DNA of 64,000 nucleotides, taken from Nitrospirales bacterium. Lineage in GTDB: Bacteria > Nitrospirota > Nitrospiria > Nitrospirales > UBA8639. The stretch lies in contig OY820905.2 of assembly GCA_963555755.3 (NCBI GenBank), positions 3,360,001 to 3,424,000 of the forward strand, in the 5' to 3' direction. How positions within the stretch are numbered: the first letter of the stretch is position 1; each line of letters begins with the position of its first letter. A program made the position numbers and the translations under genes. Positions 26,785 through 34,774 of this stretch are shown piece by piece. The notes beneath the pieces are model-generated. The model searched no databases, was not told the origin of the DNA, and saw only the letters and a program-made list of their open reading frames with translations.

Positions 26785-28362
26785 TTACAATTGTAAACCA
26801 CGCGGTCTGACCCAGTTTTCCACTTTGCTCAGAGAGCCATCGATCATTAACGCTAGCGCTGCGGCTGGCAATGCTCCGGAAAGGATGACGGTGGTGTTGG
26901 CCATTTGCAACCCGGCGACAATGGGAACGCCCAATCCGCCTGCTCCAATAAACGCCGCAAGCGTGGTGGTGCCAACCGTGATCACTCCAGCGGTTCGGAC
27001 GCCTGCCATAATAACGGGGGCAGCTAATGGCAGTCGAACCCAATAGAGAATTTGCCATTCCGTCATCCCAAGCGCACGCGCGGATTCCACAGCCTGAGGC
27101 GCCGCATCGCGGAGGCCTGAATACGTATTTCTGACAATCGGATACAGAGAATATAGCCATAGGGCCATGACGGCGGGCAGCATGCCGATTCCGAACACCG
27201 GGATCATAAAGGCTAGCAACGCGATGGAGGGGATAGTTTGTGTCAGTCCAATGGCTCGGATAATAGGTTCGGCAACAGTTGGGTGGCGTTCGAGAATTAA
27301 GCCCAACGGGACGGCCAGAAGAATTCCCAATCCTAACGCTAGGCCTGCTAGTGTGAGATGTTCGACTGTTCGATTCATCAGCGACGATCGGTTCGACCAT
27401 AAGTAGGAGAAGAGTCCTTCTCGATTGGTTGTGGGGCCAGCAATGCTCTCATCTGTTGCGAAGAGTCCGAGTGATGCCAACGCATCGTGGGCTACGACTT
27501 CTACCGGTTCTCCACCTTCTTGTAGACGATAATTCAATTTCCGCATGGTCTTGGCATCAAAGGCGTTGCCTAACAATCCTAGGACCGCTCCCAACTCAGG
27601 ATGCTGCTTAAGCGTGGAACCTCTCAATAACCCTGCGGCCTCATAGGGTGGGAAAAATTTTTGATCATCCTCGAGTACCACAAAGTCATACACAGACAGA
27701 CGTCCATCAGTGGTATACACATCAAGCACGTCAATCTCACCTGCGGCAGCCGCTTGGTATTTTAACGATTGTTGCATGGCCTGAACGTGTTGAAATGTGA
27801 GGCCGTACTGCGTTTCCAGGCCAGGGAGCCCATCAGGCCGTTTGAGAAACTCATATCCGACTCCGGCCTTAAGGGATGAGGATACCTTGGCGAGATCGGA
27901 AATGGTTCGTAGTGACGGTTCGTGTGCCTGAGCCCGAGGCACCGCAAGTGCATAGGAATTTTCAAAACCCAAAGGATTCAGCCACCATAGATTCCACCGT
28001 TTTAAAAACTCTGAACGCACGGTGTTGAGTGCGGTTCGTGGATCTCCGGTGGGTGGATACTGAAGAATACTGACAAGCCCAGTGCCGGTATATTCTGGGT
28101 AGAGGTCAATGGCTCCCGTGCGTAAGGCTTCAAAGCAGACTTGCGTGCCGGCTAACCCTAATCGCCGTTCGACAATCAAATCAGTGCGGGCTTCAATGAG
28201 TTGCGCGAAGATTTCAGCCAGGAGTTTGTTCTCCATAAAATTTTTTGACCCCACGACAATACGACCGTCCTGAGAAAAGACAGGTGTGCCCAACCACATC
28301 AGCATGGCGAAGGCCAAGAAGACGACGAGGCTAATAGGAAGTGACCGTCCAAACTTCGTCAT
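26785..28362 (-). CDS. ABC transporter fused substrate-binding/permease subunit (OpuBC/EgtU-like)
   Basis: VGSKNFMEN, DLYPEYTGT, YTTDG, DDQKFFPPY; permease QTIPSIALL, ESARALGMT, GAGGLG. Confidence 0.9.
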   Translation of the reverse strand: MTKFGRSLPISLVVFLAFAMLMWLGTPVFSQDGRIVVGSKNFMENKLLAEIFAQLIEARTDLIVERRLGLAGTQVCFEALRTGAIDLYPEYTGTGLVSILQYPPTGDPRTALNTVRSEFLKRWNLWWLNPLGFENSYALAVPRAQAHEPSLRTISDLAKVSSSLKAGVGYEFLKRPDGLPGLETQYGLTFQHVQAMQQSLKYQAAAAGEIDVLDVYTTDGRLSVYDFVVLEDDQKFFPPYEAAGLLRGSTLKQHPELGAVLGLLGNAFDAKTMRKLNYRLQEGGEPVEVVAHDALASLGLFATDESIAGPTTNREGLFSYLWSNRSSLMNRTVEHLTLAGLALGLGILLAVPLGLILERHPTVAEPIIRAIGLTQTIPSIALLAFMIPVFGIGMLPAVMALWLYSLYPIVRNTYSGLRDAAPQAVESARALGMTEWQILYWVRLPLAAPVIMAGVRTAGVITVGTTTLAAFIGAGGLGVPIVAGLQMANTTVILSGALPAAALALMIDGSLSKVENWVRPRGLQL

Positions 28363-29114
28363 GGGTGATCTCTATTTGACCGATGGTGCAGCAACTGTGA
28401 AATGTAATCGTGTGCAGGAGTGTGAATCAGTTCGGTGGGACTCCCAATTTGCAGGAGTTGCCCATCTTTCAGCACGGCGATTCGATCGCCGAGTTGTAAT
28501 GCCTCATCGATATCGTGCGTGACCATGATCATGGTCTTATTGAGGTGTTGTTTAAGCCCGAGAAATTGCTCTTGGATTTCGTGACGAGTAATCGCGTCGA
28601 GTGCACCAAAGGGTTCATCGAGTAATACGATTTCAGGGTCAGCCGCGAGGGCTCGTGCAAAGGCGACCCGTTGCCGTTGTCCCCCGGAAAGTTCGATCGG
28701 GTATCGTGCTTGGTACTGTTCGGGATCAAGATGAACGAGTTCAAGAAGTGCGTGTATTCGGCTCGTTCTTTGTGCAGCGTCCCAGCCGAGTAATAGCGGC
28801 ACAAGGCCGATGTTTTCTTCGACCGTCCAATGGGGCAACAACCCACCATCCTGTTGCACATACCCGATGTGACGACGGATCTGAATGGGATCTTTCCCTT
28901 CTAGCGCTTCTCCATGAATGCGAACCTCTCCTGAGGTAGGAGAATCCAGCCCATTCAACATTCGAAGCAGGGTCGTTTTTCCGGATCCACTTTCCCCAAT
29001 GAGCACCACGGTCTCACCCTGAAGGACTTCAAGATCAATGTGTTGGAGGGCTCGAACATCAGCTCCAAATTCTTTACACACATTGTGGACACTGAGGGCA
29101 GGAAATGGCATCAT
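28359..29114 (-). CDS. ABC transporter ATP-binding subunit (OpuA/EgtV-like)
   Basis: GESGSGKTT, LSGGQRQRV, LLDEPFGALD. Confidence 0.93.
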   Translation of the reverse strand: MMPFPALSVHNVCKEFGADVRALQHIDLEVLQGETVVLIGESGSGKTTLLRMLNGLDSPTSGEVRIHGEALEGKDPIQIRRHIGYVQQDGGLLPHWTVEENIGLVPLLLGWDAAQRTSRIHALLELVHLDPEQYQARYPIELSGGQRQRVAFARALAADPEIVLLDEPFGALDAITRHEIQEQFLGLKQHLNKTMIMVTHDIDEALQLGDRIAVLKDGQLLQIGSPTELIHTPAHDYISQLLHHRSNRDHP

Positions 29115-29242
29115 TAAATATTCTTGACAAGCATGGCTATGGATATATTACAAAAGACGAGTTACGCCCGTAATATAGATTTTGGGAATATCCAAAGGTC
29201 GTTTCCTTGAAGACATTCATTCACCTCGTCGAGTAAGGGATT

Positions 29243-30457
29243 ATGCCGAGTTTACTTGAAATGCGAAAGGAATTATCCGCGGCGCGGGCCTGTACCGATC
29301 ACATCTTTTCGCTATTTACACCAGAGGCGCTTTATGAGCGCCCCATTCCTGAACGCCATCGTGTGATTTTTTATGTGGGTCATTTGGAGGCGTTCGATTG
29401 GAATCAAATCTGTCGATGGAGCCTCGGCCATTCTTCGTTTCACCGTACCTTTGATTCCCTCTTTGAGGCTGGTATCGATCCGGAAGTTGGCTCTTCACCA
29501 AAAGATACACCAGCGGATTGGCCCTCGCCCGAGGAAGTCCAGGAGTATAATACCCAGGTTCGTGAAAAAGTTGACCAGGCGCTGGAAGAGGCTCCTGATC
29601 CGATTGTCCAGATGGCCATTGAGCATCGATGGATGCATGCCGAAACGACCGCGTATATTTTGCACCATGTCTCCTCAACAGGAAAGCAGCCTCCGACTCT
29701 ACCTCTATCACCAGTGTGTCCATCGCCAAAGCATGCGATGATCGACATTTCAAGCGGAAAGGTCACCTTAGGACAAAAGGTCCGGGACGGATTCGGCTGG
29801 GATAATGAATTTGGGGAACGCCAAGAAGAGGTCGCGGATTTTGCCATCAGCAAGTATAAAGTGACCAACGCTCAATATCAGCAATTTGTGCAAGAAGGCG
29901 GACCGGTTCCCCCGTTTTGGGTAAAGCGAGATCACCGCTGGTTTCTTCTCACCATGTTTCAAGAAATACCACTGCCTGAGGATTGGCCAGTGTATGTGTC
30001 GTTGAAGGAAGCTCGGGCATATGCCGAATGGGCAGGGCTTTCGCTTCCAACAGAAGCGCAATATCATCGAGCCGCCTATGGGACTCCTTCTGGGGAGGAA
30101 CGTGCCTATCCATGGGGAAATGAGGTGTCCAACGGCATACATGGGAATTTTAATTTCCACCATTGGGACCCGGTTCCGGTCACGGCGCATCCCCAAGGCA
30201 CCAGTGCCTTTGGCGTCTCGCAACTTGTTGGGAATGGATGGGAGTGGACAAGCACACCCTTTCATCCGTTTGAAGGGTTCAAACCCTATGCGACCTATCC
30301 CGAGTATTCAAACCGATTCTTTGATGACGATCACTTCATCGTCAAAGGCGGATCCCCCACCACGGCATCGTGTTTATTACGTCGGTCTTTCCGAAATTGG
30401 TTCCGCCAGGGTTATCCGTATGCCCATGCCGGGTTTCGCTGTGTGAATCCCACGTAG
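29243..30457 (+). CDS. egtB: EgtB/OvoA-family non-heme iron sulfoxide synthase
   Basis: DinB-like N-terminus (FYVGH, EHRWMHAET iron motif) plus FGE-sulfatase domain (LPTEA, GNGWEWT, RSFRNWF); divergent from egtD operon. Confidence 0.8.
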   Translation: MPSLLEMRKELSAARACTDHIFSLFTPEALYERPIPERHRVIFYVGHLEAFDWNQICRWSLGHSSFHRTFDSLFEAGIDPEVGSSPKDTPADWPSPEEVQEYNTQVREKVDQALEEAPDPIVQMAIEHRWMHAETTAYILHHVSSTGKQPPTLPLSPVCPSPKHAMIDISSGKVTLGQKVRDGFGWDNEFGERQEEVADFAISKYKVTNAQYQQFVQEGGPVPPFWVKRDHRWFLLTMFQEIPLPEDWPVYVSLKEARAYAEWAGLSLPTEAQYHRAAYGTPSGEERAYPWGNEVSNGIHGNFNFHHWDPVPVTAHPQGTSAFGVSQLVGNGWEWTSTPFHPFEGFKPYATYPEYSNRFFDDDHFIVKGGSPTTASCLLRRSFRNWFRQGYPYAHAGFRCVNPT

Positions 30458-30622
30458 CTGACTGTTATCCTTTCCTTCCTCAAATCAAATAACTCGATGA
30501 ATTCCTCACTCTTCTGCTAGAGTTCGCGTCGATTCGTAGGAGATTCGTTTATCAAATTCCGTTATAATTGCTGAGTCGCTTATTGACCCTGGTACCGAAA
30601 TATTGGTTGCCGCATTCACGGG

Positions 30623-31399
30623 GTGAAGAAAGAGATAAAGAGGGACACCTCTGAATCGGTGCGTAATACCGTTAAGGCTATCAGTTCTATGGAGAAAATC
30701 GAACCTCTCAAGGTTGCCTATGCGGAAGCACTTTTGGAAGTTGAAAGAAAAGGGGTAACAACCATGCAGCTCGGGGCAGGCACGGATTACATCCGTTTTC
30801 AGGGTGCGATTCCTGATATTGTCGCCTACCTTTAACATGAAACCGAGTTGACGCGAGCAAGGATCGTGCGAATCTTGAAGGAATCCGGGCGGCTAAGCGA
30901 CCTCCTGGTTAACCCACAAAATTTTATTGATACGGTTTCGGCAATTCTGAAGTGGGAACTGCGCCGTCTCATGATTGACTGGGTCAAGTATGAAAAGCTT
31001 TCGGATCAGGAATATAGTATGCGGTTGTTTGAGGAAGAGGAGATCGTGGGTTACCTCAACAGCCATGTTGAAGTGAGCAAAAGCGTGTATGACGCGGTGG
31101 TTTACGACAGTGAAGTTGAACGAGAGTTCGCGGAAAAGCTCGAAAAACGGGAGGATATAAAATTATTCGCCAAGCTTCCCAAGTGGTTTACAATCGATAC
31201 TCCTATTGGGACTTACAACCCTGATTGGGCTATTCTCAAACGCGATGATACGGTGCTGTACCTCCTGTGCGAGACCAAACACACGAAAGACTTCGAAAAA
31301 CTCCGCAACAGCGAAGCTGAAAAAGTCCGATGTGGACGAAGACATTTTGAAGAACTGGGTGTTGATTTTGCCGTGGTGACTTCCTCTTCAGAGATTTAA
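30623..31399 (+). pseudogene. Type III restriction Res subunit, C-terminal fragment with in-frame stop
   Basis: IPDIVAYL*HETELTR (TAA at 30833 in frame), YDSEVEREFA, KLPKWFTIDTPIGTYNPDWAI...ETK; helicase N-terminus absent. Confidence 0.85.
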
Positions 31400-31557
31400 T
31401 CGTCTACACAAAAAAAAAGGTCATCTGGAAATGAATTCTTTAACGAATAGATCAGTTCCGTGCATCATGAGGTAGCTTTGAAATCGCTGAAGATACCTGA
31501 CCCTGTCCTCATCCGCGCCTTGATTACCTCTCGTGATGTGGAGAAAGGCGTACGGAT

Positions 31558-32430
31558 GTGAATTTCACGCTGTCAGAAATTCGCCATGATCAGCATGGCT
31601 ACGAAACACTGGTCCGTCTCAATGCTGATATCGAAGCGCTCCACTTTACACACGTCGAAATTGATTTGTCCTCAACCACGTGGTTTGACGCAGACATGTG
31701 TGCACCCTTTGGAGCTATCCTCTATCGAATTGGACAACTTGGAAATCAGGTTCATCTGACGAATTTCCGGCCAGGGGTTGAGAAGATTTTATCCAAGAAC
31801 GGGTTTCTCAGCCATTACGGATGCTTGCTTCTACCGGATACCTATGGCACCACGATCCCCTATCAACGCTTCGATGTGAAAGATGATCGGTTCTTTGCGA
31901 GCTATGTCGAGTCGAGATTCGTCCGACGATCCGAGATGCCGCATATGTCCCCTGGATTAGTGAAGCGGTTTCGGGAGAGCGTCTTTGAAATTTTCAGCAA
32001 TGCGGTCATTCATTCACAAACACAGTTAGGGATTTTTAGTTGCGGCCAATTCTTTCCAAATCGGTACCGGCTTGATTTCTCTGTAGCCGATCTGGGAATT
32101 GGCATTCAAAAAAATGTCAAGGACTATGCTGGCTTGGATTTACCGGCTGACAAGGCAATTGAATGGGCCACTCAAGGAAATAATACAACCAAGCGTGGTT
32201 CGATTCCCGGAGGCTTGGGTCTCAAGCTGTTAGCGGAGTTCATCAATCTGAACGGCGGGAGGCTCCAAATTATTTCAGATGCGGGGTATTGGTCGCTGGA
32301 GAAAGGACATTCAAGTAGTGTACTCTTATCTTTCCCTTTCCCTGGAACGGTTGTGAATGTTGAAATCAATACTTCCGATACACAATCATATGTCCTTGCT
32401 TCTGAATTGACGGACTTAGAGATTTTTTAA
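31558..32430 (+). CDS. GHKL/HATPase-fold ATP-binding protein with N-terminal STAS-like region
   Basis: N-box EIFSNAVIHS, G1 VADLGIGI, G2 GGLGL, FPGTVV; no recognisable HisKA phosphoacceptor helix; N-terminal IDLSSTTWFD. Confidence 0.85.
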   Translation: MNFTLSEIRHDQHGYETLVRLNADIEALHFTHVEIDLSSTTWFDADMCAPFGAILYRIGQLGNQVHLTNFRPGVEKILSKNGFLSHYGCLLLPDTYGTTIPYQRFDVKDDRFFASYVESRFVRRSEMPHMSPGLVKRFRESVFEIFSNAVIHSQTQLGIFSCGQFFPNRYRLDFSVADLGIGIQKNVKDYAGLDLPADKAIEWATQGNNTTKRGSIPGGLGLKLLAEFINLNGGRLQIISDAGYWSLEKGHSSSVLLSFPFPGTVVNVEINTSDTQSYVLASELTDLEIF

Positions 32431-32461
32431 TGTTCGACATGAGACCCAGAGGGGATTCCTT

Positions 32462-32821
32462 ATGCGCACTGAGCTTATTCTTTCCGTGTTTGAAATTGTT
32501 GGGAGCTCCCTGTGCGTGGCTTCTGATGACGGCCAAAAAGTCCACGATCGTATTGCCGCCGCTTTGCGTCAAGGTATGCGCGTCACGGTGTCATTTCAGA
32601 ACGTCACTAGCCTTACGTCGGCTTTTCTGAACGCCGCTATTGGGCAATTGTATGGCGCGTTTACTGAAGGTGAGATCCGAGCGAAGATTAAGGTCCAGGA
32701 CATGGAGCCGGAAGATCGTGCATTACTCAAGCGAGTCGTTGAGACCGCCAAAGCCTATTTTAAAGATCCCGAGCGCTTCAAACAGGCCGAAAAAGCAGTG
32801 ATTGGTGGCGCGGATGCCTGA
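32462..32821 (+). CDS. STAS-like (DUF4325-type) protein
   Basis: DGQKVHDRI, VTVSFQNVTSLTSAFLNAAIGQLY. Confidence 0.85.
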   Translation: MRTELILSVFEIVGSSLCVASDDGQKVHDRIAAALRQGMRVTVSFQNVTSLTSAFLNAAIGQLYGAFTEGEIRAKIKVQDMEPEDRALLKRVVETAKAYFKDPERFKQAEKAVIGGADA

Positions 32822-33362
32822 GCGGCATGTCCATCGAATTGATCAATATCATTTCAAGAAATCAGACAAACTCCTCTTGGATGCCAATGTATGGCTCCTT
32901 CTTTACAGCCCACAATATAGGCCGGATGATGTTCGTGTCCGAACCTACTCCTCTGCATTCAAGGGCATGGTAGAAGCCCAAAGTCGGATTTTTATTGACG
33001 CCATTGTTCTTTCGGAATTTGTGAATGCGCTTGCCCGATTCGCGTTTCATATTCTTTCTCCACAACAAAGACCAGCTAACTTCAAGTCATTCCGGAGAAG
33101 CTCACGGTTCAGACCAGTGGCCAAGACCATTGCCTCTGCCTGCCGGAAAGTTCTTGGGTTTTGCACACGGATCGAAAGCCATTTTGTGTCGCTGGATATT
33201 GATGCCTTGCTGGGTCAATATGAATGCGGGGCGTCAGATTTGAATGACCTTCTCCTCGCCAATCTTTGCAAAAGCAGAAATTTGACCTTGGTCACGGATG
33301 ATGGCGATTTCCGGAGACGTGGCCTGGAAGTCTTAACGGCGAACAATCGCCTCTTACGCTGA
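32814..33362 (+). CDS. PIN-domain ribonuclease
   Basis: LLDANVWL, SEFVN, DLNDLLL, VTDDGDF acidic tetrad; ATG 32814 overlaps the end of the STAS gene. Confidence 0.88.
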   Translation: MPERHVHRIDQYHFKKSDKLLLDANVWLLLYSPQYRPDDVRVRTYSSAFKGMVEAQSRIFIDAIVLSEFVNALARFAFHILSPQQRPANFKSFRRSSRFRPVAKTIASACRKVLGFCTRIESHFVSLDIDALLGQYECGASDLNDLLLANLCKSRNLTLVTDDGDFRRRGLEVLTANNRLLR

Positions 33363-33419
33363 CCAAAGGTGCAAAACCTCAGCCTGTGGCTCACCAGATA
33401 CAATGTGATTTTCCAAGAA

Positions 33420-33760
33420 GATTAATACTGGGGAAAATAAAGTGGCGATTACCAAATCCGTGGGAGGGGAAAAAGGCGGTTTTCAGTTTGGAGGGTTTCG
33501 TCCTTGCCCCAAGGAGCTGACGTACTGGCAGCACGCCCATTCCACGGATAATGACTTCATGTATGTGACCAGGCAAACGCTCACTCCTCATTTGCTGTGG
33601 GGCCTTTTGCATAAAGCCCGATGCGTTCCCCAATTTGACGCTCAAGAAAATCCCTAAGGCCGTGTTGAGCCGCTGCGAGTGAGGCAAGGACGACTATAGT
33701 TTGCGGGTGGAAAATTTGCCCAAGGCTCCACCGAAGGCAGGGCAGCAGCGAGTTGGAATT
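33420..33760 (+). pseudogene. Type III R-M Mod (DNA methyltransferase) C-terminal remnant
   Basis: Fragments ITKSVG..KGGFQF, YWQHAHSTDNDFMYVTRQTLT and LKKIPKAVLSRCE*GKDDYSLRVENLPKAP, with frameshifts and a stop. Confidence 0.7.
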
Positions 33761-33839
33761 TTGTTAGGAGGAAGGACTCTGGGGGATTTGGGTCGTAGGG
33801 GGCAATGGACCTGCAGATGAGTGTGTTATGATCGATGAA

Positions 33840-33938
33840 GTTGTCTATCGGGAACAGGGGGATGACGGATTTATTATTACCGCATTTTTGACCAGCAATG
33901 CTCGATCGCTTGCAAAGAGGAGTCAGGTTTGGTTATAG
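33840..33938 (+). pseudogene. Truncated toxin-like ORF (DUF4258-like C-terminus)
   Basis: VVYREQGDDGFIITAFLTS...QVWL*, overlapping the DUF2283 gene start; no N-terminus. Confidence 0.55.
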
Positions 33939-34171
33939 CCGATTTTCAGGAATACTTGAAGCTGCTCCCCATGGTAAATCGGACACCGCAACATGCTGTC
34001 TGGCTGACGTTCGATGCTGAGGCGGACGCACTGTATGTGAATTTTAAAAAGCCTAGCTACGCGACTGACAGTGAGATGACCGATGATGATGTCATTGTTC
34101 GCTATGAAAGTGATGCGGTGATCGGTTTTACGGCTCTGCATGCCAGTAAACGATCACCGAAGTTCGTGTAG
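33929..34171 (+). CDS. DUF2283 family putative antitoxin
   Basis: FDAEADALYVNF, DSEMTDDDVIVRY, VIGFTAL. Confidence 0.8.
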   Translation: MVIADFQEYLKLLPMVNRTPQHAVWLTFDAEADALYVNFKKPSYATDSEMTDDDVIVRYESDAVIGFTALHASKRSPKFV

Positions 34172-34299
34172 AACCATGTCCCAGATGGAAACAGAGGGAT
34201 ACGAAGCCTTGAGCTGTCGTTGTTTGTGGGGAAAACTATTTTTTCCTTGGTGAATTCTCCACGCAGTGCGTGGAGAATTCAGTTGGGTCGTCTGGATTT

Positions 34300-34662
34300 C
34301 CAAGACTCTGTGTCGAAATTCTTTGCGGGGTTCCCGCTCAATCCCTACATGCTCTTTGTGACGGATCGGAAATATTCTCGTGGAGAATTCTGTAAGAGAT
34401 GGGTATGGAAGCATGCTTGCCTGGGCCAATTCCTTCGATCCTTTCCAGCACGTATTTGTGTGAACCTAAGCGCACGGAGTAGATGTACCAAAAGGATGTT
34501 CTTGCTAAAGCCAAGGCTGCCACGACTTGGTGTCAACAAGCTACCGAGCACGAGAAAACCCATGGGGGAAAATCCTGGTCTTACCTGCTGATCCCGCATG
34601 ATGCCATTATGGAAAACAAAACGCTTCAAGGATTGGCTAGTGGCTTTTCGTTCACAGCTTGA
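34300..34662 (+). pseudogene. Second type III Res-like endonuclease C-terminal remnant
   Basis: CEPKRTE*...DVLAKAKAATTWCQQATEH...KSWSYLLIPHDAIMENKTLQGL; left boundary approximate. Confidence 0.65.
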
Positions 34663-34774
34663 ATTATTTTGGTCCTGTCCAGCCTTAGCAATTTTTCCAG
34701 CACATTTGAGATAGTCGTTTGATTGAAAGATGAAAACACTGACCTTAAAATCCCTCTCTACTCAATAGCGTTTC

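Noticed and set aside
29243..30457. Selenoneine (senABC) cluster
   Set aside because: No SenB glycosyltransferase or SelD-like gene nearby.
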